Assembly (NCBI GenBank): GCA_965116495.1
Contig: OZ220696.1
Span: 4,096,001-4,160,000 of the forward strand
DNA: 64,000 bases
Reading direction: 5' to 3'
Source of the DNA: Gammaproteobacteria bacterium
GTDB taxonomy: Bacteria; Pseudomonadota; Gammaproteobacteria; Eutrophobiales; Eutrophobiaceae
Below are positions 20,709 to 29,741 of this stretch, piece by piece; position 1 is the first letter of the stretch, and every line of letters begins with the position of its first letter. The notes beneath the pieces were generated by a model that had not been told where the DNA came from, searched no databases, and worked only from the letters and a program-made list of their open reading frames with translations. A program made the translations under genes and the position numbers.

Positions 20709-21596
20709 TTAGCCTCGAGAAGGATCTCGTCCTATTTCCCACACTCCTTTTTCTCGAAAAGCAGGAATGCTTTGGCGACGGGCGGCGTTAGTGACGGCTG
20801 GTCCTGAGAGTCCGTTCTGTTTGATATGGTCCGACAGCCTGGTGATGACCTGTCCTTTCAAATAGCTCAGTCTCTTGTGCAGGGCCTCCATGAGAGCCAG
20901 CGACAGGATGCCTTCCATTGTCTTTGTTTTTTTGCCGTCGTTGTAGTCTCTGAATGCTTGATAGTACCGCTCTTTTTCCGAGTTTCTGATTATAACGCGG
21001 GGCAGGCCGGACTGCAGGAATTGAAAATTCATAATGACGCGGCCTAAACGGCCATTACCGTCACAAAAGGGATGGATAGTCTCAAAATCCAGGTGAAACC
21101 GGGCAACCCTGTCCAGGAAATATGAACTCAGGTCGCTGGAATACGTGACGAGGAGGTCATCCATCATCTGTTCCACGCGCTCGGGCGCCGGTGCGATATG
21201 AGTTCCTACCCGTACATACTCTCCCTGCCTGCGAAAGCGGCCTGAAATATTGTCATCAATGCCGCCGATAAGCATCTGGTGTAATCGCAGGATCAGGTCT
21301 TTGTCCAATTCACTGTCTTTAACCCTTGTACGCTTGTATTCAATGACGCGGGCAAGGTTTTTTGCCTCGAAGACTTCCCTGACAGATACGTTTCGGGACA
21401 ATGCCTGTTCCAGCAGGATCTTCTCTGTTTCTTTCAGGGTGAGGGTTGAGTTCTCAATTGCATTGGAGTTATACACATTCTCGGGTACTTCCACTTCGTC
21501 GATCATCGACAGCAGCGCTTCCTTGCCCTTGCGCAATGTGTCATATTCTCGTTTCAGGGCTTGAATACGGTCTTTTGTCGGTTGTGTAGTTGCCAT
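20709..21596 (-). CDS. Fic family protein with short C-terminal HTH-like tail
   Basis: HPFCDGNGRLGR Fic motif; SNAIENSTL. Confidence 0.93.
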   Translation of the reverse strand: MATTQPTKDRIQALKREYDTLRKGKEALLSMIDEVEVPENVYNSNAIENSTLTLKETEKILLEQALSRNVSVREVFEAKNLARVIEYKRTRVKDSELDKDLILRLHQMLIGGIDDNISGRFRRQGEYVRVGTHIAPAPERVEQMMDDLLVTYSSDLSSYFLDRVARFHLDFETIHPFCDGNGRLGRVIMNFQFLQSGLPRVIIRNSEKERYYQAFRDYNDGKKTKTMEGILSLALMEALHKRLSYLKGQVITRLSDHIKQNGLSGPAVTNAARRQSIPAFREKGVWEIGRDPSRG

Positions 21597-21610
21597 GTCC
21601 TCATTATAGA

Positions 21611-21696
21611 ATATTCACTATATTTAACCTGTTTAAAGTGAATATAGCATGAAATAGAGGCATATTCACTTCTAATTTAGGATAAAAAGTGAATAT
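21611..21696. promoter_or_regulatory. array of four alternating 9-bp boxes upstream of fic
   Basis: ATATTCACT (21611), AGTGAATAT (21637), ATATTCACT (21662), AGTGAATAT (21688); spacers 17/16/17. Confidence 0.75.
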
Positions 21697-21706
21697 GTAA
21701 GAACTA

Positions 21707-21946
21707 CTAAGACTTCACGAAGTCTTCTTGAAGCAAGTCGTCAATATTGGCGCCGGTGCGGCGTGCAGTTACAATGTTGGACAATATATCGGGGTTTTCT
21801 ACCCATAGGGAATATTCATACAAAGTCAAGCCGAGGAAATCGTGAATTGACTTGTCGCTGTTGCATTGGTGCCACCGCTCGATATAGGTATCAATATCGG
21901 TAAGTCTGGCGGTCCCGGAAAGGCGCTCTTGAATGAAATCAGACAC
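21707..21946 (-). CDS. hypothetical protein (79 aa)
   Basis: GTG start with AGGA RBS; protein-like sequence DIDTYIERWH...HDFLGLTLYEYSLWVE. Confidence 0.7.
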   Translation of the reverse strand: MSDFIQERLSGTARLTDIDTYIERWHQCNSDKSIHDFLGLTLYEYSLWVENPDILSNIVTARRTGANIDDLLQEDFVKS

Positions 21947-21992
21947 GGATTTTCCTGCCTTTGACGGCGCTTTTTATCAAGCCGGGTTTGGT

Positions 21993-22085
21993 TTATTTTG
22001 AACGCTTGTGATTCAGGGCTTGATAACTGATTATAATCAATCCCGCAATGAATACACTAAAGGTAAAAATAAACAGGTATTCCAC
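21993..22085 (-). CDS. 30-aa single-TM microprotein (below ORF-track cutoff)
   Basis: GTG immediately after the upstream stop, GGAGG RBS; MEYLFIFTFSVFIAGLIIISYQALNHKRSK. Confidence 0.55.
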   Translation of the reverse strand: MEYLFIFTFSVFIAGLIIISYQALNHKRSK

Positions 22086-22313
22086 TTATAATTCCTCCAG
22101 TCGATCAAGGCACGCAAACACACGCTGGTTGATAAACACTAAAATGACGGTCAAAACTATAACGGACACTGAGCAAAGCAGCAGAATTGATTGCTTTGCT
22201 GTTTCAAAGCTCTGAACGAACCAAGCCAGTAAAGAAAGGTCAGTTACCGTAAATATAGCGAAAATAACCTTATACCAGCCAATTTCCTGTTCAATCCGTT
22301 TTTCCTCAGACAT
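22086..22313 (-). CDS. small two-TM hypothetical protein
   Basis: Two hydrophobic segments; 75 aa. Confidence 0.7.
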   Translation of the reverse strand: MSEEKRIEQEIGWYKVIFAIFTVTDLSLLAWFVQSFETAKQSILLLCSVSVIVLTVILVFINQRVFACLDRLEEL

Positions 22314-22434
22314 GCCAGTAATTATAACACAGACCAGGAAAAACGGGGTCAGGTGGTATCAGTTTCTGATACATCCTGTGCATCCATGTTAAATTGATAC
22401 GAGCAAACATAAAAAATCAGCATAGAGTACAAAT

Positions 22435-22803
22435 ATGGAAAAGTTTGAAATAGCAGCCCAAGTCTGGTCCATGCTGACGGAGGCTGCCAAGAACAGAAAA
22501 GTGTTGTATTACAGTGATATCGATAGCAGTAATCCTCAAATGGTCGGGAAACTGTACCTGGAACCTGTACAGTCATACTGTCTACTCGAAGACCTGCCAG
22601 CTTTAACCGTTCTGGTTGTGGGACGGGCTACCGGTGTGCCAGGCACAGGATTTATTGCTGTTGAGCGTGAACAAATCCCAAGTGAAACACAAAAATGTTT
22701 TAATTTCGACTGGGCTGAAGTAAAACAACCAACTCCCGAAAAATTAATGGTCGCTGTAGAAAATTACCTTCTTGTGGTAAACCTGAGGCAAGGCAAAATT
22801 TAG
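22435..22803 (+). CDS. hypothetical protein, possible winged-helix DNA-recognition domain
   Basis: W..L...A.NRKVLYYSD...LPALTVLVV....GVPGTGF pattern; the domain call is tentative. Confidence 0.65.
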   Translation: MEKFEIAAQVWSMLTEAAKNRKVLYYSDIDSSNPQMVGKLYLEPVQSYCLLEDLPALTVLVVGRATGVPGTGFIAVEREQIPSETQKCFNFDWAEVKQPTPEKLMVAVENYLLVVNLRQGKI

Positions 22804-23609
22804 GGATTAGATACGAAATTCCATTGTGTCGTATCATAAATCTTTCCAACTGTTTCACTCGCCAAAACATATACCATTTCCATTGGTAACCCATATTCAT
22901 CTCTTATCAGTTGTGCAGGCAAGTTGTAAAGCGCAGATGCATCTGCGGAGGCTGTGACAGAAGCTACCATTGCATCAAGAATGTCGTCACGACCGACATC
23001 TTTGCGCTGAAAACATTCGAGTATCTTATTAAACTCCTGGCGGACGGAAGGACGGATGCGCTCTAAGACGGCAAGTCGTTCTTCTATTCCTGCCTGTTTA
23101 CTTTTCTTGAACTTCATGGCATTCCTTTCGTTGAGAGCCCAGAAGCATATCTCGGGGTGAATTTCTCGAATGAGGTGGCGAGCTTTTTTATCACTTCTCA
23201 TTAAATCATCAATTTCTCTAATTTTCGGCATGATCCCGAATGTTTGTTGAGACAGTCGCTTACCAGTTTTTTCCTGATTTTTTTTACAAGCTTCAACATA
23301 CGTTTCAGCACTAAGTGCGTAGCGCGCCGGAGCTCGAAACACACTGCTCCCTCGTGGTTTGCCAAGTTGCTTTCGAGCTTCTTTATCACACAAGCGTTCA
23401 TCTGGACTGTCTGATAGTCCAATTGGAATATCGACGAAAATTCGGTCTGAATAGTCTGATTTTTTAACTAATTCGCTAACTGTCGAGACTAAGCCCCAAT
23501 CAATTTTTCCATCCGGTTTCAGAGCGGTGAAGAACCAGACTTTATGGCAACCATCAACGCCGTAGGCTGTAATTGGGTGTGAATTAATTTGCTCTTGTAT
23601 ATTTTTCAC
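22800..23609 (-). CDS. DUF429 family predicted nuclease (RNase H fold)
   Basis: GVDGC, VDIPIGL, ERLCDKEAR, EIHPEICF and DDILDA motifs. Confidence 0.88.
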   Translation of the reverse strand: MKNIQEQINSHPITAYGVDGCHKVWFFTALKPDGKIDWGLVSTVSELVKKSDYSDRIFVDIPIGLSDSPDERLCDKEARKQLGKPRGSSVFRAPARYALSAETYVEACKKNQEKTGKRLSQQTFGIMPKIREIDDLMRSDKKARHLIREIHPEICFWALNERNAMKFKKSKQAGIEERLAVLERIRPSVRQEFNKILECFQRKDVGRDDILDAMVASVTASADASALYNLPAQLIRDEYGLPMEMVYVLASETVGKIYDTTQWNFVSNP

Positions 23610-23719
23610 GAGGTCAAGTCAGATAATTAAGACGACACTTAGAAACTTTACATCTCGGATATCCTGACTCCGGACTTGACATTCACTGGTTGAATGGATG
23701 ATTTTGAGATAGATTTAAA

Positions 23720-24085
23720 GGAACCTCTATTAATTCGGTGCAATGATATAATACGGGTTACTGATTTCAACCCACACTTTCCTGTTTGATGGTGCTGCCA
23801 TGAAGAACACCCAAGACCTGTCCGGTTCCTTTTTTGACTTACAAGATGCCCGTTTGACGAAGCTGAAGGACCCGCTGGTGCAGTTGGGCGAGGTGGTGGA
23901 CTGGGAGGCATTCCATCCGTTGCTGGTGCGTATCCGGCCCACCGGGCGCAAGAGCAATGCGGGGGCGCCGCGCCGGGATGAGGCGCTGATGTTCAAGGGG
24001 CTGGTGATTCAGCATTTATACGGGTTGAGTGATGAGCAGTTGGAGTACCAGATAGAGGATCGGCGCAGTTTCCAGCGGTTTCTGT
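23720..24085 (+). mobile_element. truncated IS5-family element (left IR plus 5' end of transposase from 23800)
   Basis: IR GGAACCTCTATTAATT; DUF772-like DPLVQLGEVVDWEAF...YGLSDEQLEYQIEDRRSFQRFL, after which homology breaks off. Confidence 0.85.
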
Positions 24086-24274
24086 ATTGTGTCCTTAGAA
24101 TTATGCTAACCACCCCCATGCGACGTGTGCGGCAAACCCACACGCTGGGTGTGTCTTGACTGCTATTAAGGCGATGAAGAAGTCGAGCGAAGCTTTGCCT
24201 GCGAAGAGCACGCTGGTGCCCATGAAGAACACGACGAGCACGGTGGTCTGATGGGTTTCTTCAAATCCCCGCGC

Positions 24275-24379
24275 TCAGGTGTTTGTGGCTACGACGGTCC
24301 GGCTACGCCACCTTGTTGTAGGGTTGGCGGCACAGCCAGTGAGGATTATGACAACAAGGAAAACGACCAATTTACGCAT
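24275..24379 (-). CDS. 34-aa lipoprotein or lipoprotein remnant
   Basis: MRKLVVFLVVIILTGC lipobox. Confidence 0.4.
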   Translation of the reverse strand: MRKLVVFLVVIILTGCAANPTTRWRSRTVVATNT

Positions 24380-24517
24380 TGTGAAGATATGGTATCTGAG
24401 TGCGTACTAACGTGAGGTTATCCCAGCGGAACAACGTGCGGTTGACCAAATTAGTATCCATGCTGTAATGGTAAGGTCAGATATCAAGTATCGTAACGTA
24501 CTGCGATTATGAATTTT

Positions 24518-24757
24518 TTAGAAACCGCCCGCGATGGTGGGATCAGTTTCGATGATCATTGCGTCGCGGGAGGTGTCACATTTCTCACAGCGTCTGGTTT
24601 TATTGGGTCTGCCCTCGCTATAGGGTAGACCTGCTCCACAGTCTATGCACCGCCATTCGTCTGTCCTCGTAATGACTTCTCCTGATCGACAGGTACCATA
24701 CTCCCGCCTTTTTCGTTTGATGCGCACATCATCAGGGCTTCCCCGCCATTTGTTCAT
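24518..24757 (-). CDS. small hypothetical protein with two CxxC motifs
   Basis: WRCIDCG and RRCEKC; possible zinc ribbon. Confidence 0.45.
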   Translation of the reverse strand: MNKWRGSPDDVRIKRKRREYGTCRSGEVITRTDEWRCIDCGAGLPYSEGRPNKTRRCEKCDTSRDAMIIETDPTIAGGF

Positions 24758-25061
24758 TTACAATACCTCGGGAATAACAACAGACATGGCCGCCGCCTGT
24801 ACAGAAGAAGCAACAGGCATGTATTTAAGGCACAACAAATATTTTGTGCTTGATCTATTCCTGCTCCAGCATTTATTCATTGACGCGATTTTTCGGACCA
24901 CATTTTAGAGTAATTTTACTCAATGATCAAAACCAACCAGCAGGACCTGTTCACTGTTCACGCAAAAATTCAGGCGCAAAATCGGTGCCATTACTCCATG
25001 AGAGAGTATGGCCCGAACAGTATCCTTCACTCTGACGCTGCTATCAGATGAATTGCTGTCA

Positions 25062-26303
25062 ATGAAAAAGAAAAAACCAATAAAGAATTTAGCATTTCAG
25101 TTGCAAAAAGCCCCGATGCACTATAGACGTGATGGAGTAGAGGTTTATTTATGTGCGGTCCGTAAGATGTTTGTACACGTTACTGAAGAAGAGAGGGTGC
25201 GACAAGAGTTCATTGTTTTTTTGCGGGAAGAAGTTGGTGTTCCGGAAAAAATGTTACGAGTCGAACAGGCAATGTCACATTACAAAAGGGGAGCCAGGGG
25301 ACGCGCAGATATCGTAGGCCATGCCACACCGGAAAACCCCCTTTTTATAGTAGAGTGCAAAAAGCCTGAAACGCCATTGACACAGGATGTCTTTGAACAG
25401 GCAGAGACCTATGCAGATTGTTCCGGCAGTGGGATGGTACTTACTACTAATGGCAGCGATACTGAAGTAACAGTGCTAGAAAATGGGAAATGGCATAGCG
25501 CAAAAGGAATCTTGACTTACAAAGAAATGATGAAGATCGGAGACTATGATTACAGGAAATCTGAGAAAAAACCATGGAAGCGCCCTGCATACAAGAACAC
25601 ATCCAGGGCGATAAAAACCGGGAGATTTGATTTTGGGACTGGTAAAAAAGGTCATCGTGACTATGGTTGCTTTGGCGTTGACAGTCCCACAGAAAATTTG
25701 CTTTTTTTCGCTAATCTGGCGGGCCTGTTACTGGACGAGAATGAATCTCCAAAACTGCCGATCAGAAACAAAAATATTACTATCAGAGAAGATTTAAAAT
25801 TACGTTATCGCAGTTTTGGAAATGCCGCTGGTGGGGGGTATACGAGTCATTATCGTAGTTTTATCGTTAAGGATAAGGAGGGCGATGCTCAGATTATAAG
25901 CTTATCAATTACAGGGACAATGTCGCGCAAAGGTCACCCAAAACTTGGAAATCGAAGGGGGAATACACAGTTGAATCTTGCAATTGACGATTATGAAAAA
26001 CGACCCCATCACTCTTTGCAACTGGATATGGATAAATTCGTCGAACGAAGCCGGCAACAGGCATTGATTTGGCATGATGGGACAATGACAGTTGGAAATA
26101 AAGGTAGTGTAAAGCGAAATCTTGTCCTTGAATATGTTAGAGCAGAGTTGCCGCATCTACTGCGAGGCGATAAGATCTTACTTGGGAAGTTACCCAATGA
26201 TCGTAACATTGGCTGGCAGGATGCCAGACGGTTTTTGATCAACTGTATTGAATATGCTCTCGTGCGTGACGAATATAGAGGAATTTATAGCAGTAAAGCC
26301 TGA
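25062..26303 (+). CDS. stand-alone HsdR N-terminal (PD-(D/E)XK) nuclease domain protein
   Basis: EEERVRQ...RADIV...IVECKKP...QAETY...TTNG; no helicase domain and no hsdM/hsdS nearby. Confidence 0.85.
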   Translation: MKKKKPIKNLAFQLQKAPMHYRRDGVEVYLCAVRKMFVHVTEEERVRQEFIVFLREEVGVPEKMLRVEQAMSHYKRGARGRADIVGHATPENPLFIVECKKPETPLTQDVFEQAETYADCSGSGMVLTTNGSDTEVTVLENGKWHSAKGILTYKEMMKIGDYDYRKSEKKPWKRPAYKNTSRAIKTGRFDFGTGKKGHRDYGCFGVDSPTENLLFFANLAGLLLDENESPKLPIRNKNITIREDLKLRYRSFGNAAGGGYTSHYRSFIVKDKEGDAQIISLSITGTMSRKGHPKLGNRRGNTQLNLAIDDYEKRPHHSLQLDMDKFVERSRQQALIWHDGTMTVGNKGSVKRNLVLEYVRAELPHLLRGDKILLGKLPNDRNIGWQDARRFLINCIEYALVRDEYRGIYSSKA

Positions 26304-27654
26304 ATCTAAAGAAAAATTGTCGTACGCCCTTGAGCGCGCAGTAACACAAGGTTGATGCCGTCAACGTAAACTCTGGTTCGCATAGTCTCTCAGAATTGGA
26401 CGGTAACCGAGAAGACAGGCATGGAGCAACTGGATCATTCAACGGGAGCGCAGACAACAAGCTTTAACGGGGGACTGTAAATATTTCCGTGGTGCGACAC
26501 GAAGTCGCTTTTATGATTGTTTCATCCAATCAAGGAGGTAATGGATAAGAAACCCGTTGTCCCATCAATGGTTCCCTACCCGGCTGTGCGATGGCAGTGA
26601 TGCTGTGGTGCAAAGCGTCGGGGACAATGTAGTCGAGGATTTCCGAGGTGAAAACCGCGAGGCAATCACCGAATCTGCCAGCCTCAGGGCGGTAACGGCG
26701 CTAGGGACGGTGGTATGGTCAGCATATGCGAATCTCCATAAGCATCGTAATTTTTGAGGAGCTAAAGAGGCTGATAAGCTCCGACCAAAACGGTAAGTGA
26801 CCAGGCATACCCCCTCACAGATAGGGTATCGTGGGCGATGCGTCACCGGTGTAAGGGAGAGACCTAACCCGCCATCTGTCATAGAAGTGGAACGTGGAAA
26901 CCCTGTACGGTTCCGTAAGGTAAGTCGCCCGCGAGGGAGTCTGATGACTGTGCAGACCCAGGATGTCGGAAGAAGCGAATGGCCGGCTGTAACGGTCGGC
27001 ATACGGGTTTTAATGTTACCCGCCCCGAAAGGGGAGCCTACGTCCGACGGGTCCTTAATGGCAAGAGCGTTTGAGGAATCGGTAGAATGAGGAAAGGCAA
27101 ATGACGCCTTCGGGCGGTGCATCCTCAGCGACAACTCTCTGGAATTCCATAGACTGGAAAGCCGCGGAGAGTTGCGTGCGCCGACTTCAGATCCGTATTG
27201 CCAAGGCAGTCCGGGAAAGACGCTGGGGTAAGGTAAAAGCCCTGCAACGGCTCCTCTCCCACAGTCACTCAGCCAAGCTCTTGGCGGTAAGACGAGTGAC
27301 ACAAAATCGTGGTCGAAACACCCCGGGTGTGGACGGCACGGTCTGGCAGCTACCGAACCAGAAATGGTTGGCTGCGTTGGCCCTGACCAGTCGAGGTTAT
27401 CGGGCTTCACCCCTGAGGCGTATCTACATTCCCAAGAAGAACGGGAGGAAGCGTCCTCTTGGGCTCCCTGTCATGCATGACCGAGCCATGCAGGCACTCT
27501 ATCTCATGGCACTGGAACCGGTGGCAGAAACTCAGGCCGATATCCATTCTTATGGATTCAGGCCGGGGCGATCCACCGCCGACGCTGTGGAACGGTGCTT
27601 TACAGTGCTTTGTCAGAGATCATGCGCCCAGTGGATTCTGGAGGGGGACATTAA

Positions 27655-29741
27655 CCCAAGTTTACCAAGATTCACTGGCATTTAGTTGGATGTTGCTATT
27701 TTCTGCCGGGTTCGTCATCGTAACGCATTGATTTTTGGTGAGTGACGGGTTGTCTGGCCATTGTAGTGCCATAATATGAATATTTATATTGACATCGGTG
27801 TGGTAGAGCGGTATCCTCTCCCCCTATGTTCATCCGCCGTACCCTCACCCGCCGTACCGACGGCCAGGCCTATTACTCCCACCGCCTGGTGCACAGTGAG
27901 CGCGCGGGCACCAAGGTGCGCCAACGCACCCTGCTGAACCTCGGCAGCGAGTTTGCTATCGATAAACAACACTGGCCGACCCTGTGCCAACGTATTGAGG
28001 CGTTGCGCCAGGGCCAGACGTCGCTGCTGGCGAGCCTGCCCGCCGGCGTGGAGAGTGCGGCACAACAGATTAGCGCCCAACTGCTGGCCCGGTCTCGACC
28101 GGACGAGACGGGAACGGCGCCGGCGTGGATGGCAGTCGATCTGGACTCGCTGGCCTTGACCCGCCCGCGCAGCGTGGGCGTGGAGCAGGTGGGGTTGTGG
28201 GCCCTGGCACAGGTGGGGCTGGACGAGTTACTCGCGGCACAGGGCGTCAATGCATCCCTGCGCGCCGCCACCATCGGCTCCATCGTGGGCCGGCTGGCGT
28301 GCCCGGCCTCGGAGCGGGCCACCCATGCCTGGTTATGCGAGCGCAGTGCCCTGGGCGAGTTGCTGGACGTGAACTTCGAACGCATGGGCGCCATGCAGTT
28401 GTACCGGGCTTCCGATGCGCTGCTCAAACACCGTGCGGTCATTGAGACACACCTGTTCGCGCAGGCCATGGACTTGTTTGACCTGGCGCCGACGGTCACC
28501 CTGTATGACCTGACCAACACCTACTACGAGGGCGAGGCCCACGGGCAGCCGCTGGCGCAGCGCGGCCATTCGAAAGAGAAACGCAGCGACTGCAAGCTGC
28601 TCACCCTGGGGCTGGTGCTCGATGCGAGCGGCTTCGTGCGCCGTTCACGGGTGTTTGCCGGCAACGTGCGCGAGGAGACCACCCTGGCCGGGATGCTGGA
28701 GGCGCTCAAGACCCCGCCGGGGGCCTTGGTCATTCTCGACCGGGGCATCGCCACCGAGGCGCAGGTCACCTGGCTCAAGGATAACGACTACCGTTACATC
28801 GTGGTGAGCCGGGAACAACAGCGCCGGTTCGACGTGGACGCCGCCCTGGCCCATCGTACCCGTGGGGGCGAGACGGTCCAACTGGAGCAGGTGGCCGATG
28901 CCAAGGCCGGTGAGGTGCGCCTGTACTGTTACTCGGCGGCGCGGGCCGAGAAAGAGCGCGCCATCGCCGAACGCTTCATGGCGCGCTTTGAGCAGGGCCT
29001 CAGCGCGCTGCACGAGGGCCTGTCCCGGCCGCGTACGCGCAAGCAGCCAGGCTACGTCCGGGAACGTATCGGACGCTTGAAAGCCCGCAGCCACGGCATC
29101 GGCCAGCACTATACCATCGAGGTCGACACCGATGCCAAGGGCCAACGGGCCGTGGCCGTACGCTGGCAGCGCCAGCCGGTCACCGGCTCGATGCTCACCC
29201 ACCCCGGCATCTATTGCCTGCGCAGCAACCTCACCGACTGGGATGAGGCGCGGCTGTGGCAGACCTACACCCTGCTCACCGACATCGAAGCAGTGTTCCG
29301 CGCCTTGAAATCCGAGCTGGGATTGCGCCCCATCTATCACCGCACGCCCCGACGCGCCGAGGGCCACCTGTTCATCACCGTCATCGCCTACCAACTGGTC
29401 CAGGTGGTCCGCCGTCGTCTGGCCGCGCACGGCGATGAATCCTGCCGCAACGCAAGTTGGACCACGCTGCGGCGCATCCTCGGCGCCCGTCAGCGGGTGA
29501 CCGCCACGGTCCGGCGCAAAGACGGACGTACCGTGCACGTGCGCAAGGCCACCCGTCCGGAACCGCCGCAACAGGCCATCCTGGACGCCTTGGGAATTCG
29601 TGGACCACCCGGCGGTACGCAGAAAGAGATCGTCTGAGTACAGCGTCCGCAACATGGCGCGAATGTAGTGCCATAAGCGGAATTATGTCAATCTAACCCA
29701 TTGACATATAACGATTTATTTTTTAGATTGGTAAACTTGGG
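27655..29741 (+). mobile_element. IS1634-family element
   Basis: Perfect 14-bp TIR CCCAAGTTTACCAA; TTAA duplication at 27651-54 and 29742-45. Confidence 0.93.
27826..29637 (+). CDS. IS1634 family DDE transposase, intact
   Basis: LYDLTNTYYEG, RGHSKEKRSD, ILDRGIAT and IEAVFRALKSELGLRPIYH motifs. Confidence 0.95.
   Translation: MFIRRTLTRRTDGQAYYSHRLVHSERAGTKVRQRTLLNLGSEFAIDKQHWPTLCQRIEALRQGQTSLLASLPAGVESAAQQISAQLLARSRPDETGTAPAWMAVDLDSLALTRPRSVGVEQVGLWALAQVGLDELLAAQGVNASLRAATIGSIVGRLACPASERATHAWLCERSALGELLDVNFERMGAMQLYRASDALLKHRAVIETHLFAQAMDLFDLAPTVTLYDLTNTYYEGEAHGQPLAQRGHSKEKRSDCKLLTLGLVLDASGFVRRSRVFAGNVREETTLAGMLEALKTPPGALVILDRGIATEAQVTWLKDNDYRYIVVSREQQRRFDVDAALAHRTRGGETVQLEQVADAKAGEVRLYCYSAARAEKERAIAERFMARFEQGLSALHEGLSRPRTRKQPGYVRERIGRLKARSHGIGQHYTIEVDTDAKGQRAVAVRWQRQPVTGSMLTHPGIYCLRSNLTDWDEARLWQTYTLLTDIEAVFRALKSELGLRPIYHRTPRRAEGHLFITVIAYQLVQVVRRRLAAHGDESCRNASWTTLRRILGARQRVTATVRRKDGRTVHVRKATRPEPPQQAILDALGIRGPPGGTQKEIV

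Noticed and set aside
21611-21696. Mini CRISPR array
   Set aside because: Repeats are 9 bp, alternate in orientation with 16-17 bp spacers, and no cas genes are present.
24086-24510. Possible structured ncRNA after the IS5 remnant
   Set aside because: No convincing long stems or terminator; the minus strand reads as lipoprotein and membrane-protein debris.
18800-26460. Integron cassette array
   Set aside because: Genes are in mixed orientation; I found no convincing RYYYAAC...GTTRRRY attC pairs and no intI.
26565-27410. 281-aa minus-strand ORF
   Set aside because: Antisense to the group II intron ribozyme domains and RT start; not protein-like.
28645-29655. 336-aa minus-strand ORF in IS1634, and similar long antisense ORFs over aceE, paaZ, paaK, rdhA and paaA
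   Set aside because: Shadow frames caused by high GC3 codon bias of well-supported genes on the other strand.
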